Shown: positions 1-11,500 of the stretch, piece after piece
Numbering within the stretch: position 1 is the first letter of the stretch
Layout of the letters: each line of letters opens with the position of its first letter
From: Tubulanus polymorphus
Taxonomy: Eukaryota > Animalia > Nemertea
Direction of reading: 5' to 3'
DNA: 64,000 nt
NCBI RefSeq assembly: GCF_964204645.1
Contig: NC_134028.1
Span: 20,828,345-20,892,344, forward strand
Position numbers and translations under genes: made by a program
The notes under the pieces: generated by a model
Told to the model about the DNA's origin: nothing
What the model saw: only the letters and a program-made list of their open reading frames with translations
The model's database searches: none

Positions 1-1280
1 CATGTTAGATAAATCTAAGAATTTGAAATGGGAGTTTCGATCATTCGAAAAAAAATTATTTCCAATATGGCGGCAAACGACGTTGATTTGGATTTTCTCA
101 TAACGTAGCCACCGATAACATAATTCGTAGATGTGAATTATTAATAAAAAGAAATTTCAGCGCCTTTTCAGCGATTGTCCAACAGGTTTTATTGTATACA
201 AAAGAATGAATCTACAGAAAATGAATTCCAATTTTTTCCCTGTAATGCTCAGGAAAATTCCAGAATGATCAGATTTCGACAGAAAATTGAGACAAAACGA
301 TTGTAAGTACAACTGTGAAACCTAATCCAATTAGCACGTTATAGTTTCCGTTTCTCCACTAAGGCATGTGATAAATGGTGCGATTTGAATTTAGCAGGTA
401 ACATACCTTCAACGACAATACAGTGGAGTCTTTATCAAATTTAACGTGTTTATCCATCGTTTCACTGGGATAAAATCATTTCTGGTTCAATATGCCAAAC
501 GTTACCATGGTAAACACTGTGGAGTTTGTGAAAAGCGTCAGCTGCAGTGGCGGTATAAGCGCCACTCGGCGGCTGTATCGTAAACAAATATATTTATCGT
601 TTCCGATAGATTTTATGACCGGGTTTTATAGTTCTATAGCCAATAAACAACTATGTCCAACCTTTAGATCTAAGATCATTTTGGACACGAGTCACGACTG
701 TACGGTAACTACGCCCAGGTCAGATTAGACAGTTGTGTAGTCATTGGATTTAACACCAGTACGCAATGGCTCACTCAATCCAGGGAACGAACCCTTAAAC
801 AAATCAGCTCAGGTCTCAATAACAGAATGACTTAACAATTTCATTGAAATCTTTATGATACATGTAAACAATCAAACTTGTTCTGTGAAATGCCAGAATT
901 GAAAATGTGTTCTAAACTCGCGAGTTTCCCAGAACATTTTGAAATTATTCATTCCCAATCAAAACGTTCGAAAAGGTTTTACATTATCCCCAAATTCCTC
1001 TTGAATATTTCATTTTGTGAATTAAACTCAAGCTTTATCTATAGTCAAATGATTGATAACAGTTTTCCGAGTTTGCAGTGCGATAAATGCTGTCCGCTGG
1101 AAGAGTCCAATATCATAGCCCCGTCCGCCACTGGGGATTGGCCAGTACTTGATTACGTCACACGTATCATTTGAACGCGCGCCAAGCGACAAATAAATAT
1201 GTATAGAAGTTTATTAATTTGTAAGAAAGAGAATATATTATCGCGATAACGATAACTGCGGTTGAATCTCTAAATAAAAC

Positions 1281-2219
1281 ATGGTCGCCTGGTTCAAATC
1301 CGTTTTGTTGCCGGTATCGTTTATATTAGCAATATTTATCGGGAACGCAATTATCATAAGGATTATAATGATCAGAAAAAAAGATACGTTATTACTACAT
1401 TTAAGTCTAGGATTGGCAAACGTAGCGGTTGGTATGGTTCTATTGTTGCACGTTGTCCGTTTGGCGATCATCAACGGTGGGTTGGGCGGAGAGGACGTTG
1501 TCAAGACATTGGTGATTTGTTTGTGGAATACATCACGTTTCGCTCTGTTGGGGACACTGGTGTGCATTGTTGCCTATCGTAGCCTGAAGATAAACTTTCC
1601 GTTGCGTTTTCCGGCTATCGTTACGCGTAAAAAGATTATATGCTTACTGTTGTGCGTCTGGCTTTTATCTTCAACTATTGGAATTGTGATTTCAATTTTT
1701 GTCGACGACTTAAATGTTATGTTGATTACACCCGTAAGCGTTTCAATTGTTGCCGTTGTCATAGCGGTCGCGGACGCGCAGATTTTTTACGTAGCTCACC
1801 GCCACAGATGTAACATGGGAAAGATGAATCGGGCGACTCCGAATTTGGGACAATTGCCGAATATCAAGTCGGTCGGAAGATCGCTACGAACTTTGATCAC
1901 GTCGACAATTCTATTTTGCTTATTCAATTTACCCTGTTGTATTTCGTGTATTGTGGAAATTCGCACGGGTTCGATCAACCCGACAACTAGATTAACTACA
2001 AACTATTTAATGTTTGCATTTTCGATCGTAAATCAGATTGTATATATGAAATTTAGGAAGTGTTCCATACATCACGTGCCACAGCAGCAAACTATTTCGT
2101 CTATATCTCGACAGGATAATCCCAGTATTGCGACATCTGGACAGGACAATCCCTGTATTGTGATATCTGGACCGAACAATCCCAGTATTGTGATTGACCC
2201 ATCGACATTAAACTTATGA
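1281..2219 (+). CDS. Single-exon rhodopsin-like (class A) GPCR, divergent orphan
   Basis: 312-aa ORF with ~7 hydrophobic segments; TM1 GN, TM3 end 'AYRSLKINFPLRF' (DRY-equivalent), TM6 'FCLFNLP', TM7 'IVNQIVY'. Confidence 0.85.
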   Translation: MVAWFKSVLLPVSFILAIFIGNAIIIRIIMIRKKDTLLLHLSLGLANVAVGMVLLLHVVRLAIINGGLGGEDVVKTLVICLWNTSRFALLGTLVCIVAYRSLKINFPLRFPAIVTRKKIICLLLCVWLLSSTIGIVISIFVDDLNVMLITPVSVSIVAVVIAVADAQIFYVAHRHRCNMGKMNRATPNLGQLPNIKSVGRSLRTLITSTILFCLFNLPCCISCIVEIRTGSINPTTRLTTNYLMFAFSIVNQIVYMKFRKCSIHHVPQQQTISSISRQDNPSIATSGQDNPCIVISGPNNPSIVIDPSTLNL

Positions 2220-2408
2220 TCTATCATATTTTTAGATTTTCACGTCACGCGCATTTAGAAAAAGCAAGTTGCCTACTCCTCGGGTGCATCGGGGGCCTTG
2301 CAGCACTTGGTCAAAATGTATGCAACTGTTTTAAAGCGGTGGATGACCCTAGGAATTGAGCATCGTGATAATCTTCATAAACAAACCCACAATAATTATG
2401 ATATGTAA

Positions 2409-2500
2409 CAATCTCATCGTCAGGAAAACGAACACATTAATTTCCGATCCTCTGATGATGAGATTTATAAAAACTGTTCACAAACTTCGAAACGTTTGAA
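2409..2500 (+). mobile_element. Penelope-like palindromic remnant with degenerate hammerhead core
   Basis: aatctcatcgtcagga is inverted to tcctctgatgatgagatt; CTGATGA (2452-2458)...CTTC-GAAAC-GTT. Confidence 0.4.
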
Positions 2501-3991
2501 CAATAGATTTATTTTTATGTGATGATCAAGCCGGTTTCTTCATCAACTTTGATAACTGAGTAAACATTCGACTGCCAGTCCTATGGTGATATTATCTTGT
2601 ATTTGTTTGAATAAATAATATTAAAAAGTATCCATGGTATCGAATTGTTATTTATAGGGAATGTTTATGAAATGTTATAGTGACACTCAAGAGTCGGAAA
2701 TGTGGTAGAATCCGTGGCAATAATAGGTGATAATTGCTGGTGACATCTTTCGCCCGCCAGGAAGCAATCGCTACACAGAACTTCCATCAGCACGAGAGGA
2801 AAAAGAGAGGAAGAGAGTCTAAGAGGGCTGAATATGCTATAGATCCTTCTTGATATAATATACATAGATCCTTCTTGAACTGTCGATGTTACTGGCCAGT
2901 GTAGGCACATCGATTCAATTAAATTCAATTCAAAGTGTATTTACATAGGAACATTCAACAGATACAATCTACGCAGGCAAAAGATGCTGCTAAGTTAATT
3001 CTATAATTATACATTTGAGGGATTTGATAATCTTAAATGACAGTAATAACAGTAAATGTTATTGCAAAAAGGTCTACCATGTGGAGATGCGATAGGTCTT
3101 CAATCTAAGTGGGATCTTAAGCGTGTCACGTGCGTACTGTGAGGCGCGTTTTTGGCGCATAAGAAATCGAGCAACGTTTCCGCTCAATACGGTTTCGCTC
3201 AATCAGCCATCATCAGTATACGCCTGATGATGGCTAATAGTCTTTCTTTTGCCGAGGTTGCTCGAAATGTCGACTTATATTTAGGAAATTTTCATGTTTG
3301 GCGAAATTTATTGTAGGATTTCTCTCTAATCCTGTCATCAAGAATTTGTTCTTCACAGTCAATGAGGACATGTGTTTATCGTGTGCAAATTGAAGGATAT
3401 ACGTAAGGAGATTGTGCATGACTTTTTGATTGTCTGTTATATAGTTTAACTCAAAAACTGATCATCTCCGTTTTACCTCAATACGCATGGTTTATCGACC
3501 CAATGGCTATGTACTTACAGGTTCTGACTTACAGGTTTCGATTGATTCCTTATGTAAACAATCAGTGGAAACTAACGAATCCCTGTTTGAAATATGCCGC
3601 AATTGTGTTGAGTCGGTTACTCGTAAAAAACCGCTCTGATATTTTTGCTCAAACTGTGTAGGTTTTCAACAAAACAAAGTGCTGCTTTTGAGCAAATCGT
3701 CTAAACAAATGTTAGAAAGCGTCTTGAGGACACAATATTTTTTCACATTTTCTGCGAATTTTTTTCACGGGAAAGTGATTTCCGATTGGTAATTTTTCGT
3801 GGCGACTTTGCTGTGTATTTTCTCTCAGAAACAAAATTTGCTACGTATAAATTTCTTTCGGTCACTTCAATAGCCACGTAGATGAAACGTTAATAGCGAT
3901 GCATCTTACCGACGATTTCAGTTCGTCTTGCATATTAATGATATAACCTCGAAGCTGCAAATATTTTCTTTTTCGATATGAATATATACTA

Positions 3992-4210
3992 ATGTGGCTG
4001 GCTATTCGGGAAATGAAAAGATATTTTTTTCGTCCTCCACGAAAACGCGCAAAAACAAATCTGACCGCGCAAAAACAAACATTACCGTGCAAAAACAAAC
4101 TTTTAACGCATAAAAACGAAATAATCCGTTTTTGCGCGGTCAGATTTGTTTTTGCGCGTATCCGTGGAGGACGAAAAAATTTTACATGTCCCGAATCTCA
4201 TGCCACCATA
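3992..4210. repeat. Palindromic (hairpin) MITE-like element upstream of MRE11
   Basis: cgtcctccacg..acgcgcaaaaacaaatctgaccgcgcaaaaac mirrored by gtttttgcgcggtcagatttgtttttgcgcgt..cgtggaggacg. Confidence 0.75.
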
Positions 4211-5571
4211 GAATACTGAGGCGCAATGACGAATTTTTGTTTCCAGCACAAGTAAATAAATTATGTACAACGCGACAGCATTTGGCAATTTATAATCATT
4301 ATCTGAACATAACCTTACATAAAGGTATCTGATAACTTCGAATGATAATTGTGACTTACTTATTTTGAAAAATCTAACGTACGGTTTTTTCGGACATAGA
4401 GTCCGCTGCCGTGTCCGCAAACCGTTCAATCGAAGGTCGTGTGGATGCGGAAATAGCGGGAGCAAATCAGAAAATTTCGAAATTTAAAGGATAGGATTGT
4501 CTAATTAATCTGATTGAAATCAGCAGCTGAGGTAAGTTTCATCATCGAGTCTGAGCGTGGGTGCACCGCAGTTTTGCCATGACGAGTTACATCGTCATCG
4601 TTTCAATGTCATTTCATAGCGTTATGAATGACCTGGCAGAGGCGAGAAACCAGCTTATTAATTAATAATTGTCTCGAATGGAAGTATGGACTAGGAGAGA
4701 CTATAAGATATTATTTATGGGGGTAACTCAAGTTTTACAATAAAAGTTTTTACACTCATTTTTACAATAAAACTTTAATTCTTTTAGATTTTTATTTGAT
4801 TTTTCACACTTTTCACTGGCAATGGGGACAAGAAAAAATTTAGAATCTCTTCACCAGTGCCAGTGACAAGTAATCTCGTCATTGGTTTTTTATACTAGAA
4901 TAGATCAGTATATTGATTAATCAATGTACAAATAGTGCTGGCAGCATATAGATTGTATAATGTCAAAAATTAGCGTTGGCAATGGCGACCGGACCTTAAA
5001 CCGCTAGGTGACAGCGAATGTGTTGAGCTTAGTGTACATTGACAAAGCGATTGGAGACAACTAGTTGCTAGTAAGCGAATACCTAGCGCACATCAAAAAT
5101 CTAATGGAAGCCAGCAACTGCGTGGCTCATGTCCATAGCTAGGTCCACAGCGCACACATCAACAGCGAAAATTCTTGAGGGCATCTGATGTGACGTGACG
5201 AATTGCTTTGTTTTAGTCAGTTGCGCCATAAGTTGTTGATTATGGAGCGCTCACATCAACAGATATGATAGCAACTGAGTACAACTAGTTGCTCAAAAGT
5301 AGAACATGAGCAACTGGCTGGAACTGGAGATAGATGGACGCTAGCCAGTCGTAAGCTCGCTCACATCGAAAAAATTTGAGCGCCGAGTTCCTCTCGTGCG
5401 CCGAAACCAGCCCGACAACTAGTTGTCTCCAAGATCGCAATGTTTATGTACGCTATCCCTTACACTACTACCAACAACTCTGATATCGCCGACCCGTTCG
5501 ATCATCTTCGTTGAAACGTTGTTTGTAAATATAATTGTCCGTATGTTTTTCAGGTTTGTGCAGCCGAAACG

Positions 5572-8500
5572 ATGTCGGACGTCGAAACCGATGAGACGTT
5601 TAATATTCTGATCGCCACCGATATCCACCTGGGATTCATGGAGAAAGACGCCGTGCGCGGCAACGATTCGTTCGTCACGTTCGAGGAGATTCTCAAACAC
5701 GCCGTCCGAGAACGCGTCGACTCCGTGCTGCTCGGCGGCGACCTGTTCCACGAGAACAAACCGTCGCGATTCGCGATGAACTGCGCGACCGACCTGCTGC
5801 GTAAATACTGCACCGGAAACAAACCGGTCGAATTCGACCTCGTCAGCGATCCGAAGATCAACTTCCCCACGCACCGAAACCCGACCGTCAATTTCAAAGA
5901 TCCGCACATCAACATCGCCATTCCGGTCTTCTCTATTCACGGTAACCATGACGACCCGGCCGGTAAAGGCAATCTGTGCGCGATCGACGTTTTAGCGTCG
6001 GCCGGACTTTTGAATCACTTCGGCAAAAGCGACTCGCTGGAGGAGGTGACGATGTCGCCGGTGTTGTTGCAGAAAGGCGCGACTCGTCTGGCTCTGTACG
6101 GGCTCGGTTCGATACGCGACGAACGGCTCCATCGGTTGTTCGTCAACGATAAAGTGACGATGTTGCGGCCGGCGGAGACGCCCGACGACTGGTTCAGTTT
6201 ACTCGTCCTGCACCAGAACCACGGCAAACACAGCGACACGAATTACATCCCCGAACAATTCTTGGACGATTTTTTGGATTTGGTATTCTGGGGCCACGAG
6301 CACGAGTGTTTGATCGAGCCTCAATACGCGAAAACGAAACAGGATTTGTTCATTACTCAACCGGGGAGTTCAGTGGCGACGTCGCTCTCCGAAGGCGAAG
6401 CCAAGCGCAAACATATCGGGCTGTTGAGTGTTCATAAAAAACGGTTTAAACTGAAGAAGATTCCGCTGACGACCGTGCGGCAGTTTTATATCGAGGATAT
6501 CGTACTGTCTCAGACTACGCTCGATCCGACGGCAAAAAATGCTCAGAAAAACCTCGAATCCTACATCAAAGAACGTGTAGAGACTATACTTGAGCAAGCA
6601 GGTGAAAACTTGATTCTTACATTAACCACAATCCAGTTACACAGTTCTGAATCTAGTTCGATAGTTCTGAATCTAGTTCGATATTCCGAATCTAGTTCGA
6701 TAGTTCTGAATCTAGTTCGATAGTTCTGAATCTAGTTCGATAGTTCTGAATTTAGTTCGATAGTTCTGAATCTAGTTCGATAGTTCTGAATCTAGTTCGA
6801 TAGTTCTGAATCTAGTTCGATAGTTCTGAATCTAGTTCGATAGTTCTGAATCTAGTTCGATAGTTCTGAATCTAGTTCGATAGTTCTGAATCTAGTTCGA
6901 TAGTTCTGAATTTATTTCGATAGTTCTGAATCTAGTTCGATAGTTCTGAATTTAGTTCGATAGTTCTGAATCTAGTTCGATAGTTCTGCAGGGAGGAAAA
7001 TCTTCCGACCATAGACGGATTTCCGACCTTTTCTAACATTTTCTTTATTCCTGAGAACAGTGTAATTCACTTCAATCGCTTTAATCACCTCAATCGCGGG
7101 CGTCACATCAGAGCGCTCCGTAGCCGTAGTAAGGAGTGCTCCTTAAGATGGTTTTCGGCAGTTGTTAGCTCAACTGTGGAGTCGGAGAAACCAATATCGC
7201 GTCTCATTCAAAAAGCGGCTCTTATTCAGGCCCAAACGATTAACATTTTGACCAAAAGGAAGTAAGTTTTTTGGCTAAAAGTTACTGATTTTTGTTCCCC
7301 AAAAAAATTCTGAAAATATTTTCTGACTTTTTCAATATGGGCCGTTTTCATCCCTGGTTCTGAATCTAGTTCGATAATTTGAATCACTGAATCTAGTTCG
7401 ATAGTTCTGAATCTAATTCTGAATCTAGTTCGATAGTTCTGAATCTAGTTCGATAGTTCTGAATCTAGTTCGATAGTTGTGAATCTAGTTCAATAGTTCT
7501 GAATCTAGTTCAACAGTTCTGAATCTAATTCAACAGTTCTGAATCCAGTTCTACAGTTCAGAATCCAGTTCAACAGTTCAGAATCCAGTTCAACAGTTCA
7601 GAATCTAGTTCAGCAGTTATGGATCCAATTCGACTGAGCTCCTTAACCATAACTTCCCATTCGTTGTGCTTTGGAAATCCAGCAAAATTCCTTTATAACG
7701 CTACTGTTTGGACCAGTGAAAAATATGGCATTATACCGTATGGTATTTTAATTGAATTTGAGTTAGATTGAGCAAATTTGTTTACTGAAAAATGTTGGCG
7801 TTAAGCGAGCTGCAGTAGCATTAAAATGGAAGTCATTTTAACAGACTTTGACATTAACTTCAGAGGCGGATCCAGAGGGGGGTCCGAGGGTTCTGGAGTA
7901 CCGGTGAGCTTCGTCTGTGCCCATTGGAGATGCCCCTAAATCCATGGATTTGACGCAAAAAAGTGACCTCGTTTGGCATGATTTAGCATTGTAAGTGCCC
8001 CTCAAAAACCACAAGTTTGATGTGTAGTGCCCTTTTTGCCGTAATTTGACATGGAAAGTGCCCTCCCCAGTAATAGTGAGTGCCCTTATGCAATTCAGAA
8101 CCCCCTCGAGATAGGGCCCCGGATCCGCCCCTGAACTTTGAGTTCATTTATCACGCGATTAGTTTTAAAGTTGTTGAAATGTGATTTCAGAAATTGAACA
8201 CATGGAAAATGACAATTCGTTACAACCCGAAGAACCGCTGATTCGTTTAAGACTCGAATACACCGGATTCGAACCGTTTAACGTCATCAGGTAAAATATA
8301 TCGCTAACCGGTCCGGAGTGACATCCGAAATCAGGAATGAGTTTGTTGCACATTATAAGCTGGATAACCACTGGCCAAGTGGACTAGTTCTATTGGTCTA
8401 CTGGGACCAGTTGCATAGTCATGGCTTAGACTTAAGACCAGTCTAAGACCAACTTTGTTCTATAGCTATTCTAACAAATTAAGACCGGTCTTAAGATTTA

Positions 8501-11500
8501 AGACCACTTTTGGACTTAAGTCACGACTGTCCAACTGGCCCCAGGGGCCGGTTGCATAGTCACGGCTTGTACTTAAGACCAGTCTAAGACCAACTTAGTT
8601 CTATTGCCAATATAACAACTTAAGACCAGTCTTAAGATTTAAGACCATTTTTGGACTTAAGCCATGACTGTGCAAATGGCCCCTGGTCTACAAATCACCT
8701 GAGAAAGGTCGATGTTAGAGTGGAGGTGTTGTTACGCAAGCTGTATATAACAGGGTGGCTACTTACTTGGAAATCAGGAAGAAGTTGGGAAATTTTCTTT
8801 TCTAAAAAAAGTCAGGGAATAGTCACAGGGAATTTTATAAAAAAGCTGAAAATCAGGGAAAAGTCAGGAAAATTTGTTAGGATAGTTAGATCCCAATTAA
8901 TTCTTAGCAGATCAAGTCGGGGAAAACAACCTGCATCTCGGGGAATATTCAGGGAAGAGTCCCGAAAAAGAAAGTCAAATAAAAGTGGCCACCCTCTGTA
9001 TAAACACTGGCCAAGTGGCCTAAGTCTACAGGGGCCAGTTGAACAGTCGCGACTTAAGTCCAAAAGTGGTCTTAGATCTTTAGACTGGTCTTAAATTGTT
9101 AGATTGGCTATAGAACTAAGTTGGTTTTAGACTGGTCTTAAGTCTAAGCCATGACTATGCAACCAGCCCCTGGAGCCAGTTGCGCAGTCGTGACTTAAGT
9201 CCAAAAGTTATCTTGAATCTTAAGATCAGTCTTAAGTTGTTAGATTGGCTATAGAACTAAGTTGGTCTTAGACTGGTCTTAGCCATGACTATGGAACCGG
9301 CCCCTGGTCTAATGGCAAGCACGCTCATTTTCTACGTACGAGAGGCGGGTTCGATCCCGCGCTGAGCGCGCGTGATTTCTCTGTCGCTGCCCTAATCGTG
9401 TCGAAATTAACGAATTGTAAACGATTTATTATTTTCACAGATTTAGTAATCATTTCACGGGAAGAGTCGCCAATCCGCGCGATATGATTAAATTTCATCG
9501 TAAAAAACTGCTGAAAGAGGAAATCAAAACGGACGTCGAAGCGATGAATAAAGCGCTAGCTCCGGTCAGACTGGACGCCGCCCGCGTCGAGGACATGGTC
9601 AAGCAATACTTCGCTAATGCGAACAAGGTCAGAAAATGGAAAGTAGTGTAACAATGAAGCTATTGATGAGTCAAGAAACATCCATAGAGGGAAAGGGTGG
9701 TTATATCTCTGTGCCTGTGCTCAGTACGTACCCACTAGTTGGGGAAAGAAGGCGGGTTGAAAAGGCTTATGTCTATTCAACTTTGCTTCAGTGGACACTG
9801 GGTAGCCTAGCAGCAGTCAGTTAGCTGATTGCGTGAAAATGAGACAAAGATTTTTTGAAAATTTCTGGGGATGACAGGCCTGCAGAGCACCCCCCCTTTG
9901 AAAATCCGGTCCCAACCCTGCCCTTCAACCCTTTATAACCGATTGTGTTTTATTATGAATTAAAGGGTAGTCGACTGGCACTGCTCACAGAACGTGGTTT
10001 AGGAGAAGCAGTTCAAGAATTTGTGGATAAAGAAGAGAAAGACGCGATACCCGAACTAGTCAATTATCAGATTAGAAAAACACAGGTATCTATCGAATTA
10101 CGGAAAGTCTGGTTTAGACTCGGAGCTGACATCTCTTAACCCTTTCAGTGCTGACTAATTAATACCCTAGTGCTGGAGATAATTTGAAAATTCTAAAAAA
10201 TTCCGCCCTAGTGTGTTGAACAAGGGGAATACCACTATAGTGCTTCTCACTGCGGTGCAGTGTACCGTTAGTAACTAATATTTCACTATGTTTGACAGGT
10301 GCTGCCATTTTTCAAGAGAGATAATTACTAATTACATCAATACACCGCAGTGCGGTGTACTAGCAAAATCTATCACTGATTTATACACCGCACTGCGGTG
10401 TAGATGCACTGAAAGGGTTAAGACAAAAAACAAAACGAGAGTGCTTCAACTCACTGTGAATTTTTACAAGAATTATTTGTCTGTGGAGGAGCTCTTTGAT
10501 ATCCTTGATTCTCAAATAGATACAGTCAAAGCGACGTTATACCGCCATCCGTAATACCGCCAAATTCACCTATCACCAAGAATTTCCTTCTTAACAGTTC
10601 ATTTGGTATGTATAGCTCTCGTTATACCGCCAGAACGCCAACGAAATCCTAGAACGGTCCAATTCAAACCCATAGAGAAAACATTCCTCATACCGCCAAT
10701 GATCTTTCATTAACGGCGTTTCCAGTCTTTTGGTTAAAAATCGATACATGCGGTCGGCAGTATCACACATCTACTTCATTATTTTTTTCTATTATCTAAA
10801 TGAAATGAGCTAAGACCTTTACCCTTTCCTGAATTAAGTTCATCTAATGGCTAATTCTGGATTTGGTCAATAGTCATGTCTTGTGTACTATGTCAACTCT
10901 CATGATCACCATTTCGTTATACCGCCAAAATTTTGACAGTCCCGGGCTGGCGTTATAACGAGCTTTGACTGCACTTTCAAATCTATTAAGATATTTAACC
11001 CTTTCAGTGCATCTACACCACAGTGCGGTGTATAAATCGGTGATGGATGTTGCTAGTACCCCGCACTGCGGTGTATTGGTGTAATTAGTAATTAGTTTTT
11101 ATCTCTATTGAAAGATGGCAACACCTGTCAAACATAGTGAAATAATAGGGCCTAGTAACTAACAATACACCTCACCGCGGTATAGAGGCATTATATAGGT
11201 ATTCCGGTGATTCAACATACTAGGGTGGAATTTTCATCTCGAGCACTATAAAGAATTAATCAGTCGGCACTGAAAGGGTTAAAGCCTACTTATCGACGTA
11301 ACGAGCAAAACGGAGTCTGTATTTGATTTCTGGTTGAAATGTGATTTGATTTTACGAATATTCGATTATTCCCTAGACGCATTTGAAACAACGAGAAGCC
11401 GAAGAAGAGGTGATCGAAGAAGAACTCGAGAAATTCAAAGAGGAGCGACGAAAACGACCGTCCGAACTCGAGGAGCAAGAAACTCAAGAAGCGCTGAGTA

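Noticed and set aside
5572-6723. 383-aa ORF as a stand-alone or bacterial SbcD-like gene
   Set aside because: It is exon 1 of a spliced eukaryotic MRE11; residues after 6601 are intron read-through
6643-6988. Regular short repeats resembling a CRISPR array
   Set aside because: Head-to-tail units with no unique spacers, inside a eukaryotic intron, and no cas genes
9305-9370. tRNA-like sequence (ggtctaatggcaagcacg..gggttcgatccc)
   Set aside because: No intact acceptor or anticodon stems and it abuts MITEs; more likely a SINE head or decayed tRNA. The same applies to ~29200-29285 and ~54065-54095
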